From Candidatus Omnitrophota bacterium (GTDB lineage: Bacteria > Omnitrophota > Gorgyraeia > 2-01-FULL-45-10): DNA of 32,000 nucleotides. Where the stretch lies: contig JAMWCX010000002.1 of the NCBI GenBank assembly GCA_023818895.1, positions 390,001-422,000 on the forward strand, read 5' to 3'. The notes beneath the pieces are model-generated. The model worked only from the letters and a program-made list of their open reading frames with translations. It was not told the origin of the DNA and made no database searches. Positions within the stretch are counted from its first letter, which is position 1; every line of letters begins with the position of its first letter. The position numbers were made by a program, and so were the translations under genes. Of the stretch, positions 24,273 to 32,000 are shown one piece after another.

Positions 24273-26045
24273 TTAAGCTACTGGGATGGTAAAGCTGAAA
24301 GTGGAGCCCTTACCGGGAGTTGACTGAACCCATATCTGACCGTTATGGGCCTGGACGATATGTTTTACTATAGATAGGCCCAGCCCTGTACCGCCAAGCT
24401 CCCTAGAACGGGCTTTATCAACCCGGTAGAATCGCTCGAATATGCGAGGGAGGTCTTTTTCAGATATGCCGATTCCGGTATCCGAGATATCGATCTGGAC
24501 GGCCTTATCCTTTAATGAGGCGCGCAGAATAACTTTCCCGCCTGCGGGGGTATATTTTACGGCGTTGTCCAGAAGATTTAAAAAAACCTGCACAAGCCGC
24601 TTTTCATCCCCCATGACACAGGGTAAACCGGAAGGAATGTCCAGTGTGACGGCTATCGATTTATCCTTTGCTGATTTTTCCAGAACATTGAAACAGCGCC
24701 TTGCTATAGGCGCAATATCCAGCTCTTCGAGTTCCATTTTCATCTTGCCGGATTCTATCCTGGAAAGGTCGAGAAGATCATCTATCAGGTTCGCCAGGCG
24801 ATTCGAATCCTGGTAGATTATTCCCAAAAAATCCCTTACGGTCTCTTCGCTGTCAGCCTTTCCGTCCAAAAGGGTTTCCGCATATCCCTTGATGCTCGAT
24901 ATAGGAGTGCGCAATTCATGTGACACGTTCGCCACAAAGTCCTTGCGCATATCCTCAAGGCGCTTGAGCTCAGTAATATCATGAAAGACAAACACGGCGC
25001 TTTCAATCTTATTGTCCTTAACAATTGGAATACCATTTATGAGAACGGTCTTTTTCTCAGGCATAGAGATTCTGACTTCCTTGGTTATGAACTCATTTTT
25101 ACCGTTCAAAACCTTGTCTACTATCTCTTGAACCTCATTATTCCTTATGACTTCCAGGGGTCGTTTCCCCTCCGGCGGCGAATCGATCAGAAAGAGTTTT
25201 CTAATTGACGGATTTGCCAGTGATATTTCGCCGCGTTCGTTGGTAAGCAATATGCCTTCGAACATACTTGCTAATATCGCTTCCAATTTTGCCTTTTCAG
25301 AGGAGAGGTTTTTTACTTCGGCGCTTAGTTGCTCGGCCATCTCATTAAGCGCGGATGCAAGGTCTCCTATTTCGTCATTAGCATGAATTATCGCCTTGCG
25401 AGAAAAATCGCCGGCCGCAAGGCGTTTGGCGATAACAGACATCTCACATAGAGGACGAGATATCATGATTGATACCAGGAAGCTTGCTCCAAGCGTAGCG
25501 ATGATGGCAAATATTGTCACGGCAGTTATCGCCTTCAACATCTTCGATTCGATCATCTCGATATCAGAAAGCGGGATAGCAAGTCTGAATATGCCGGTTA
25601 TTTTTTCCTTCCCTAGCGGAACCGCCATATAAAGCATATCTTTTTTTATAGTGGTGCTGAAGCGTTTGCTCTGTCCGAAACCTTTTTGAACGGCATTCTG
25701 AACCTCGGTCCGCGTTATGTGATTTTCGATATTCGCCAAACTTTTATCATCAAGTTCCGAGTCACCAATAACGACGCCATCCGGCGCTATTATTGTCGCC
25801 CTTGCGCCCAAAGCGGCATCGATCCTTTTGGCAAGGCTATTGGCACCGGCGGGACTTATCGGCTGGCTTAATTCATTATCCAGGAAATCCTTGCTAAGCA
25901 ATAGATCCTTTTTGAGGGTATCCTGGATGCGCGTTTCGATATATATTTTGAGATTGGTATTAAGGTAAAAATATACGGCGGTCAGAATAATTAATATTAG
26001 AGAACAAAAAATAAATGTCAACTTCCAGTAGATCCTAACTCTCAT
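24273..26045 (-). CDS. phoR: PhoR-type sensor histidine kinase (TM-sensor-TM, HAMP, PAS, HisKA, HATPase)
   Basis: RKDFVANVSHELRTPISSIKGYAETLLDG (H-box), NLLDNAVKYTP (N-box), DTGIGI / GGTGLGLSIVKH (G-boxes). Overlaps phoB by 11 nt. Confidence 0.88.
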   Translation of the reverse strand: MRVRIYWKLTFIFCSLILIILTAVYFYLNTNLKIYIETRIQDTLKKDLLLSKDFLDNELSQPISPAGANSLAKRIDAALGARATIIAPDGVVIGDSELDDKSLANIENHITRTEVQNAVQKGFGQSKRFSTTIKKDMLYMAVPLGKEKITGIFRLAIPLSDIEMIESKMLKAITAVTIFAIIATLGASFLVSIMISRPLCEMSVIAKRLAAGDFSRKAIIHANDEIGDLASALNEMAEQLSAEVKNLSSEKAKLEAILASMFEGILLTNERGEISLANPSIRKLFLIDSPPEGKRPLEVIRNNEVQEIVDKVLNGKNEFITKEVRISMPEKKTVLINGIPIVKDNKIESAVFVFHDITELKRLEDMRKDFVANVSHELRTPISSIKGYAETLLDGKADSEETVRDFLGIIYQDSNRLANLIDDLLDLSRIESGKMKMELEELDIAPIARRCFNVLEKSAKDKSIAVTLDIPSGLPCVMGDEKRLVQVFLNLLDNAVKYTPAGGKVILRASLKDKAVQIDISDTGIGISEKDLPRIFERFYRVDKARSRELGGTGLGLSIVKHIVQAHNGQIWVQSTPGKGSTFSFTIPVA

Positions 26046-26727
26046 CTTCTTCCTTGAATTTATATCCGAGCCCCCTTACCGTTTCGATGAGATCACCGGA
26101 TCTGCCCAGCTTTTCCCTAAGGCGCTTGATATGCGTATCGATGGTGCGGGTATCAATGTCCGAATCCATCTGCCAGACATCAGACAATAAATTCTCTCGC
26201 GTCTGAACGCGGCCGCGCCTCTCTATTAAAGTCGTCAGTAATTTGAACTCCATCTGGGTGAGCTCTATCAACTTATTCTTAACGATAACCTTATGTTTTG
26301 GTATATCCACTGTTATGTCGTCTGCCTTTAAAATATCTTTTTTTACGCTTTCGACCTTACCTCTTTTAAGGATGGCTTTTACTCTGAGCACTAATTCTCT
26401 CGGACTGAATGGCTTTACAATATAGTCATCCGCACCCAGTTCAAGGCCCACTATCCTGTCAACTTCTTCACCTTTTGCTGTCAACATTATAAGAGGTATA
26501 TCTTTGAGCCTTTCCTTCTCTCTTACGGTACGGCAGAGTTCATACCCATCCATGCCGGGAAGCATAATATCAAGGATCATAAGATCGAAATTCTCGGCAT
26601 CAAGCATCTCGATGGCCTTCTCGCCGCTTGCGGCAACCGCGCACTCGTATCCGGCCTTCTCAAGGTTAAATTTGACCAGTTTAGATATATTTTTATCGTC
26701 TTCTACGATTAGTATATGCGCTTTCAT
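26035..26727 (-). CDS. phoB: OmpR/PhoB-family response regulator
   Basis: Receiver domain ILIVEDD...DLMILDIMLPGMDG...LTAKG, plus a winged-helix C-terminus (..LTQMEFKLLTTL..RTIDTHIKRLREKL..VRGLGYKF). Confidence 0.9.
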   Translation of the reverse strand: MKAHILIVEDDKNISKLVKFNLEKAGYECAVAASGEKAIEMLDAENFDLMILDIMLPGMDGYELCRTVREKERLKDIPLIMLTAKGEEVDRIVGLELGADDYIVKPFSPRELVLRVKAILKRGKVESVKKDILKADDITVDIPKHKVIVKNKLIELTQMEFKLLTTLIERRGRVQTRENLLSDVWQMDSDIDTRTIDTHIKRLREKLGRSGDLIETVRGLGYKFKEEDES

Positions 26728-26753
26728 TATAAACTTTCCCCTTTTTGAGTGTA

Positions 26754-26762
26754 TTATATCAA
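26754..26762 (-). promoter_or_regulatory. Extended -10 promoter element upstream of phoB
   Basis: The minus strand reads TGATATAAT (TGnTATAAT), about 27 nt upstream of ATG 26727. GGGGAAA acts as an SD-like tract. Confidence 0.4.
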
Positions 26763-26899
26763 AATGGATTAAATTTTGCGAGCTGTAAGGTGGAAAGCCT
26801 TTTGCGGATTAATCGCAATCTGCCATACTGATGAAAACCAGGGACGGTATAACAAACGAGAGTTTTATACAACCTTATGTTTTTTGATACGGCGTTACG

Positions 26900-27592
26900 T
26901 TAGATGACGAAAAATATGTGTGCCAGCACATAGTATATGCCTGCGAGGATAAATATAGCGCCTGTGAATTTGCGGGCATATACCTCGATCCTTGTCACAT
27001 GGCCGAACCACTTGAAGATCGACTTAACTCCAAACGCAATAGCCATGGCAAACACCAGGACGGGTAATGCTGTCCCGACACCATAGACAAGCGGCAGGGT
27101 AAGGCCGAATTTATGGCCGAACGATAACGGCATGAGGCTGCCGAAGTAGAGTGCCGCCGAGATAGGGCAGAAAGAGAGAGCGAAGATAAGGCCCAAAATA
27201 AAAGCCCCGCCGAGGCCTGAGTCGGCCAGCTTCTTTTGTTTTTCATCGGATATGGTGCGGCTTGCAAATTGGAATTTTATGAGGCCAATGAGGTAGAGAC
27301 CCGTCAGAAGAAGCAGCGGCCCAAGGATCTTGTTCATGTATTTCTGCAAGAATATGGCGGCCACCGGAACGCTGACTACGGAATAGATGATGGCGAACCC
27401 GAGAACGGCATAGGTGGCTGCCCTGCCCAGCGTATAACATATTCCCGACCAAAGCACGGCCTTTTGATGCTCGATCTTTTTGGAGAGGAACGAGACTGCC
27501 GCTATATTCGTCGCGAGCGGGCAGGGGCTGATGGAGGTAAGGATACCGAGCCACAACGCGGTAAGAAATCCGGTCAGCACTTCATTCATCAC
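26900..27592 (-). CDS. CcdA/DsbD-type membrane thiol-disulfide electron transporter (DsbD_2-like). From memory, I believe this family is labelled ArsG-type in recent annotation.
   Basis: Six-TM protein with one Cys per half: LTSISPCPLATNIAAVSF and FALSFCPISAALYFG. Confidence 0.75.
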   Translation of the reverse strand: MMNEVLTGFLTALWLGILTSISPCPLATNIAAVSFLSKKIEHQKAVLWSGICYTLGRAATYAVLGFAIIYSVVSVPVAAIFLQKYMNKILGPLLLLTGLYLIGLIKFQFASRTISDEKQKKLADSGLGGAFILGLIFALSFCPISAALYFGSLMPLSFGHKFGLTLPLVYGVGTALPVLVFAMAIAFGVKSIFKWFGHVTRIEVYARKFTGAIFILAGIYYVLAHIFFVI

Positions 27593-28020
27593 AGCTCTTT
27601 CAGATACTTTGATATCTCATCTTTGACATAGGCCTTGAACTTATCGCCGCTTCTTAAGAAATCCCATACTTTTCCGAGGTTGTTGAACTTGACCTCTTTT
27701 CCGTCTTTCACCAGCGAGAGCACAACGGATTTAGTAAAGAGCCCATAATCACTTATGTAATGCTTGTTGCCCTTGGTCTCCACATTTATTATTTTCAAAG
27801 TAAGCTTCCCGATCGCTTGCTCGCCCTGAAAGTCGGAATCGACCAATTCCCTGGTCCACTTTTCCATATTGTAGCAACTAGGGCAGCGGAAATTCGTATG
27901 GAAGTAATATACGACTACATGGTTTGCCTGAGGCGCTGCGGCTTCTGCCGCGAGCACGAACTCTGCGCCACACCAGGCTACAACCGTTACCAACATTAAC
28001 GCTAATGCGATTTTTTTCAC
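27589..28020 (-). CDS. Periplasmic thioredoxin-like CxxC protein (ArsF-like by recollection)
   Basis: Signal peptide MKKIALALMLVTVVAWCGA, then VVVYYFHTNFRCPSCYNMEKW. Coupled to the downstream CcdA-like gene by a 4-nt overlap. Confidence 0.6.
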   Translation of the reverse strand: MKKIALALMLVTVVAWCGAEFVLAAEAAAPQANHVVVYYFHTNFRCPSCYNMEKWTRELVDSDFQGEQAIGKLTLKIINVETKGNKHYISDYGLFTKSVVLSLVKDGKEVKFNNLGKVWDFLRSGDKFKAYVKDEISKYLKEL

Positions 28021-28038
28021 GGTTAAGCTCCCTTTTTA

Positions 28039-28401
28039 TTAAGGATTCTCGCTGATAGTTTTCTTGATGGCTGCTATAGCTTCGGCCGTAGTCTTGTTCC
28101 GTATATCGAGCGGTACGTGTTTCGCCTTACCAAATCCTACTGCTTCAAACGCGTCTCTGAACATCTTCTGCTGCATCAATGGATCGCACGCCGCGATATA
28201 GAGCTTGTCTATGTCCTTGTTATCCAGCAGTATCTTAAGATACCTGTCGCCGTCATCCGCACAAAGCTGAGGGTGTAGAGCGACAAAATCCACGACCTTC
28301 TCCCGGCGAAGGGCATTTAAGACCTCCATCGTATCCATGTTCTTAAACGACGGGCATGTACCCTGGCAGACGCATAGGATAAATCCTTTTTTACCGGCCA
28401 T
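28039..28401 (-). CDS. Hypothetical Cys-rich cytoplasmic protein (CxCxxxC), possibly a metal or Fe-S binder
   Basis: GFILCVCQGTCPSF...VALHPQLCADDG...LYIAACDP. The cysteine spacing loosely recalls MvhD/FlpD-type proteins, but I cannot confirm that. Confidence 0.45.
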   Translation of the reverse strand: MAGKKGFILCVCQGTCPSFKNMDTMEVLNALRREKVVDFVALHPQLCADDGDRYLKILLDNKDIDKLYIAACDPLMQQKMFRDAFEAVGFGKAKHVPLDIRNKTTAEAIAAIKKTISENP

Positions 28402-28410
28402 ATCATCCTC

Positions 28411-28617
28411 CTATTTCTTGTCCCCGAAAAACGTGATCGCCTTCTGTTCGCAGATTTTGCCGCACCCCTTGCAGAACTCTACGCAGTTTTCGGGATGGGC
28501 TACTACCGGTTTGCCATCGGGGCCTTTTTCAAATACACCGTTAGGGCAAAAGTTGAGACACATCATACATCCGACACATTTCTTACGGTCTATGATCGGA
28601 TACCAGTTCTTGGCCAT
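28411..28617 (-). CDS. Small 4Fe-4S ferredoxin-type protein
   Basis: CVGCMMCLNFCP (CxxCxxCxxxCP) plus a second, divergent cluster motif CVEFCKGCGKIC. Confidence 0.8.
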   Translation of the reverse strand: MAKNWYPIIDRKKCVGCMMCLNFCPNGVFEKGPDGKPVVAHPENCVEFCKGCGKICEQKAITFFGDKK

Positions 28618-28626
28618 ATCTCAAAC

Positions 28627-29007
28627 CTATTTGACTTTCCTCAATTCCTGTTTTATGCGCTTGACGATAAAGAGAATGTCCTGCTGCGACAATTTGAAAT
28701 TCTTATTCTTGGCTATGCCTTCCTCAGTTACATCAATGTAATCGGTGATATTGAGGCCGGCGTGTTCCAGGGTCTTTTTCGCGCATTCAACAGAACAACC
28801 GTCAATAGCGACTAGCCGTTTCGCGGACCTCGCCGACTCGATCATGCCGGATATGTGGGCCCCGATGCCGGCAAGGCAGAAGAGAGAACCGACACCCTCC
28901 TCAGTCAGATGCACCGCTACCCGATTGGCTATCTGGCCGCAGTTTGAGCCTCCCGAACAGGGAAGTATTACAACTTCATTTGCCTGGCACAGACATTCTT
29001 TGGCCAT
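28627..29007 (-). CDS. DGC-domain (putative zinc-binding) protein
   Basis: VVILPCSGGSNCGQIANRVAVHL...FCLAGIGAH...VAIDGCSVECAKKTLEHAG. Confidence 0.7.
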   Translation of the reverse strand: MAKECLCQANEVVILPCSGGSNCGQIANRVAVHLTEEGVGSLFCLAGIGAHISGMIESARSAKRLVAIDGCSVECAKKTLEHAGLNITDYIDVTEEGIAKNKNFKLSQQDILFIVKRIKQELRKVK

Positions 29008-29024
29008 ATATCACTCCTTGATCC

Positions 29025-29804
29025 TTAGATTTTTAATTTTTTATACAGCTCTCCGAGAATCGACTTATAAGCGGCTGCGATATCCGCCTCTTTTTCTTTC
29101 AGCGGCTTGGCCGGGATCAAGTCCATTATCTCCGTCTCAGATAGCCCTGACTCGTACATTGCCTTGGCCGCGCCGACTACCATCTTATACAAGCCGTCTT
29201 TTGCCTCTATTGAAGATAAACCAAATGACTCCGCAATATTTTCTAACTCCTCCCACTGAAACCAGAAATATGTCGGCCCCATCGCGGTCAACATCGCGTA
29301 TGCTTCGAGCTTCTCCTCGCTGACAACGGGACAATCTCCAAGAACGCTAAATACGGACTCAACAATCTCCTTGTCGCTTTCGGATAGCGCCTTCGAAAAC
29401 GCTACTGGATTATATCCAGCATTTACTATGGAGCAGGCGTTCGGTATCATCCGGCAGACACGGCCGAAACCGCCCAATAGGGCCGATAGCTTTTCGATCG
29501 TAATCTTCGGCGCGAGCGAAATTACCATAGCACGCGGCTTGATAAAAGACCTTATCTCTTCCAGAACGCCTGCTATGGCCGGCGGATGCAGGGCGAGGAT
29601 TATTATCTCCTGCGAAGCGCTCTTAGAATTATCGCCCCGGACGGTTTCGACCCAGGGAAACCGGCGCCTCAATGAGTCCAGCGCACCGATGTCAACATCG
29701 CTGGCGACGATATTTTCCGGATATTTGCCGCATCTCTTGAATCCGCCCAGCAATATCCGCGTTACCCTGCCCGAGCCTATAAAACCAATTTTTTTATCTG
29801 TCAT
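29025..29804 (-). CDS. Pyrroline-5-carboxylate-reductase-like / F420-type NAD(P)-dependent oxidoreductase
   Basis: Rossmann motif KIGFIGSGRVTRIL, then ..ILALHPP..., ..RMIPNACSIV...AMLTAMGPTYFWF. I prefer ATG 29804 (the track lists 29828), which lies 7 nt after the permease stop. Confidence 0.75.
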   Translation of the reverse strand: MTDKKIGFIGSGRVTRILLGGFKRCGKYPENIVASDVDIGALDSLRRRFPWVETVRGDNSKSASQEIIILALHPPAIAGVLEEIRSFIKPRAMVISLAPKITIEKLSALLGGFGRVCRMIPNACSIVNAGYNPVAFSKALSESDKEIVESVFSVLGDCPVVSEEKLEAYAMLTAMGPTYFWFQWEELENIAESFGLSSIEAKDGLYKMVVGAAKAMYESGLSETEIMDLIPAKPLKEKEADIAAAYKSILGELYKKLKI

Positions 29805-29811
29805 AACCCGA

Positions 29812-30867
29812 TCAAAACTTAGGAACAAAAAACCAGAATATTAATCCTGCCACAGTTCCGCATACCCACATCAATGTGGCGTACACCAGAGGCACTCTTG
29901 GCTTGACAATTTTACAGACTCCAAGAATGGAAGGCAGGCTGAGCGCCGGGCCTGTTAAAAGAAAAGCGAGAGCAGCGCCCGTGCCCATGCCTGACTCCAA
30001 AAGCCCCCTGACTAACGGAACCTCGACCAGTGTAGGGGTGTACATAAACACCCCGATAACTGACGACAGCATTATGGGTAAAATTCCATTACCGAGGTAC
30101 TTAACTAAAATCCAAGCCGGCAAAAGAATTTTAACTAATCCGGCACAAATAACGCCAAGCATTATCAACGGAAGCACCATCTTCACAAATTCCCAAGAAT
30201 AGAGAGACATATTATATAGTCTTTTTCCAAAACCTAAATTCTCTTGTGGCGCGCTCTCCGCTACCGTATCTATTCGCACCGGCTCAGGTTCAGGAAGTCT
30301 ATTTTTGAAAATCCTGTCTGTGGTATAGCCGACAAGGATCCCCGCTGTTATCGCAACGATGATCCTTGCTAAACCGAATTTCCATCCCAAAAGCCCTAAT
30401 GTGAGAAGGATCGCGGCGGGATTATACGCCGGTCCCGTAACAAGAAAAGTGATGGCCGGTCCGAGGCCAGCCCCTCTCTTATAAAGACCGCCAAAAAGAG
30501 GTATTATACTGCATGAACACATCGAAAGAAACGGCCCGCCGACTCCAGATACAACGTATGGAGCAAATCCTCTGCCAGAGCCCATAAGTTTTATTATCCT
30601 GTCTCTCGGCACAAATTCCTGAATAGCTCCCGCGGCTATAAACGCCAGAAGAAGGCACAACCAGGAATGTTTCATATAGTCAATGATCGTAAAAACCAAG
30701 AACATATGAACGGGTATTTTGTTCTCTTCCAAAAGTTTTGCGGTTATGACTTTGTTATGCTCCATGGTGGTCTTAAAACCCGACCATGATTCCCCCCACT
30801 CATATATTAATATGACTGCAAATATGAATAATAGTATGCCTATCGCAAAAACCGTCCTTTTATCCAT
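29812..30867 (-). CDS. ArsP/DUF318-type permease (two-repeat, about 8-10 TM segments)
   Basis: GAIQEFVPRDRIIKLMG...GGPFLSMCSCSIIPLFGGLYKRGAGLGPAITFL, and a second-half repeat GMGTGAALAFLLTGPALSLPSIL. GGAGG lies 5 nt upstream of the ATG. Confidence 0.82.
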   Translation of the reverse strand: MDKRTVFAIGILLFIFAVILIYEWGESWSGFKTTMEHNKVITAKLLEENKIPVHMFLVFTIIDYMKHSWLCLLLAFIAAGAIQEFVPRDRIIKLMGSGRGFAPYVVSGVGGPFLSMCSCSIIPLFGGLYKRGAGLGPAITFLVTGPAYNPAAILLTLGLLGWKFGLARIIVAITAGILVGYTTDRIFKNRLPEPEPVRIDTVAESAPQENLGFGKRLYNMSLYSWEFVKMVLPLIMLGVICAGLVKILLPAWILVKYLGNGILPIMLSSVIGVFMYTPTLVEVPLVRGLLESGMGTGAALAFLLTGPALSLPSILGVCKIVKPRVPLVYATLMWVCGTVAGLIFWFFVPKF

Positions 30868-30879
30868 CCTTACCTCCTG

Positions 30880-31113
30880 CTATTCGGAGATCCATTTCTT
30901 TATCTCGTCCGGTAGGGGGATCCTGCCCGCTGCTTTTATTTTTCCGTCGATCGCGAGGGCGGGAGTGGTCATTATACCGCGGCTTACAATTTGCTGCAAG
31001 TCCTCTACTTTTACTATCTCTGCCTTTATATTTAATTCCTTCGCGGCGGCCTGAGCGTTTTCGTACATTTTTTTACACTTCGGACAGCCCATGCCCAGTA
31101 TCTCGATCTTCAT
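30880..31113 (-). CDS. Small thioredoxin-fold protein (redox-active disulfide protein 2 type)
   Basis: MKIEILGMGCPKCKKMYENA...GIMTTPALAIDGK, 77 aa. Confidence 0.85.
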   Translation of the reverse strand: MKIEILGMGCPKCKKMYENAQAAAKELNIKAEIVKVEDLQQIVSRGIMTTPALAIDGKIKAAGRIPLPDEIKKWISE

Positions 31114-31142
31114 TTTGTGATTCCTCCTATTGCTATTGTATC

Positions 31143-31616
31143 TTAAAGCTGTAGAAATTTACACTCTTTATGTTTGACGATAAGAACCGCGCATCCGGCC
31201 TTTCTCGAAACCTTATCGACTGTGGAGCCTAAAAACGCGTGCCGAAGCTCGCTTCTGCCGTGGCATGACATGACGATCACATCGATACCATGGCTGTGTG
31301 CGAACTTGATTATCTCTACAAACGCGTGTCCTTCTTTGACAACCGCGCCGGCAAATAAGTTCCTTGGAATATAGGACTTGAACTGGTCGAGGCTTCGCTT
31401 CTTTTGGCCAACAAACTGTTTGTGCATCTCATCGCAGATCTTTTCGAGCGGCGGATGGACCTTATGTATCTCTTTGATGTGGAATATATCTTCCTCCACA
31501 TGCAAGAGATATATCTTGCCCCCGCAGCATTCGGCAAGCTGCACAGCCGCTTCGAGCGCTTTCTTTGAAAAATGTGAGAAATCTATCGGAACCAGGATCT
31601 TTTTAAAGTGCATCAT
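31143..31616 (-). CDS. Universal stress protein (UspA family)
   Basis: KKILVPIDFSHFSKKALEAA...IYLLHV...DVIVMSCHGRSELRHAFLGSTVDKVSRKAGCAVLIV. Confidence 0.88.
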   Translation of the reverse strand: MMHFKKILVPIDFSHFSKKALEAAVQLAECCGGKIYLLHVEEDIFHIKEIHKVHPPLEKICDEMHKQFVGQKKRSLDQFKSYIPRNLFAGAVVKEGHAFVEIIKFAHSHGIDVIVMSCHGRSELRHAFLGSTVDKVSRKAGCAVLIVKHKECKFLQL

Positions 31617-31630
31617 TCCCTCCCTTATTT

Positions 31631-31999
31631 TTAGTTAACCATTATTCCGAATACATACCCAACCATAGTCGAAAGCACGACACAGAGCGCGCAGAATGTG
31701 AATGTCTTGCGGGGTCCAAGGATCTTATTGATAACGAGGATGCTTGGCAGGGATAGAGCTGGTCCCGCGAGGAGGAGCGCGAGAGCCGGCCCTTTCCCCA
31801 TCCCTAAACGCATCAGCATCTCGACGATTGGTATTTCAGTCAATGTAGCGAAGTACCATAGAGCGCCGATCATTGATGCCACGAAATTCGATAAAAAAGC
31901 GTTACCTCCTACGAACGCTGCGACCGCTTTCTCGGGCAGGATGCCACCGATAAAGCCGGTCACGAACACGCCTCCGAAGAGGAGCGGCACGATCATCAT
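31631..31999 (-). CDS. Second ArsP/DUF318-type permease. This is either a half-size gene or the C-terminal half of a gene continuing past the window end.
   Basis: GMGKGPALALLLAGPALSLPSILVINKI is paralogous to the C-terminal repeat of the 351-aa permease. The ATG sits at the window edge, so completeness is unknown. Confidence 0.7.
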   Translation of the reverse strand: MMIVPLLFGGVFVTGFIGGILPEKAVAAFVGGNAFLSNFVASMIGALWYFATLTEIPIVEMLMRLGMGKGPALALLLAGPALSLPSILVINKILGPRKTFTFCALCVVLSTMVGYVFGIMVN

Positions 32000-32000
32000 G

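Noticed and set aside
26803-26819. Imperfect palindrome TTGCGGATTAATCGCAA between the redox operon and phoB
   Set aside because: It has no following U-tract, so it is not a convincing terminator. It occurs once and is asymmetric (one bulged base), which is not enough to call an operator.
1-31999. Reassigned genetic code (TGA as a sense codon) as the explanation for the in-frame TGA at 11080-11082
   Set aside because: TGA ends cysD (6990-6992), the 660-aa ORF (11145-11147) and phoU (16894-16896) at C-termini consistent with homologues. Long ORFs across the window are not broken up by TGA.
31975-31999. One-nucleotide mismatch between the printed sequence and the ORF track at the window end
   Set aside because: The last printed line has 19 nt. 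The track protein MMIVPLLFGG needs ...CTC CTC TTC GGA..., but the printed bases give CTC TCT TCG, so one G is missing near 31980/31981. All coordinates up to 31633 agree with the track, so I treat this as a display artefact and not a frameshift.

Overview
Scope: all calls come from reading and hand-translating the sequence. No database search was run, so family names rest on motif recognition and are unverified.

General character: gene-dense bacterial DNA, probably from an uncultivated Gram-negative. It uses the standard genetic code. TGA, TAA and TAG all end genes at C-termini that fit known homologues.

Layout, left to right:
1. nt 1-2525 (-): the first 841 codons of a TPS-domain / GLUG-repeat exoprotein. 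It runs off the window, so the ORF track misses it.
2. An SPFH/band-7 gene plus a small secreted protein.
3. A membrane-anchored sulfatase-fold/TPR fusion whose end overlaps cysD-cysN.
4. A minus-strand envelope operon of three genes. The first is a ~1,015-aa secreted PDZ protein split by a frame change at an A7 run. The second is a MORN-repeat protein whose signal peptide is cut off from its body by an in-frame TGA. The third is a membrane-anchored NPP/alkaline-phosphatase-fold enzyme.
5. A cation:proton antiporter.
6. An AT-rich islet with an orphan P-loop NTPase.
7. A ~10-kb Pho block: phoB-phoR, three small ORFs, a porin, pstSCAB, a PEGA protein, an arsC-like gene and phoU. It has two sets of 11-bp-phased Pho boxes and a strong terminator.
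8. A tightly packed operon of ten ORFs (one reaching the window edge) for thiol/Fe-S/redox functions. Its parts resemble ars-island accessory genes, but the window holds no arsR, arsA, arsB, acr3 or arsM.

Nothing found: no CRISPR array, tRNA, rRNA or transposase.

Best candidates for something undescribed: the redox operon (26900-31999), the two recoding-or-lesion sites (TGA at 11080-11082, A7 at 13165-13171), the Pho-box-driven small-ORF set, and the orphan NTPase islet.
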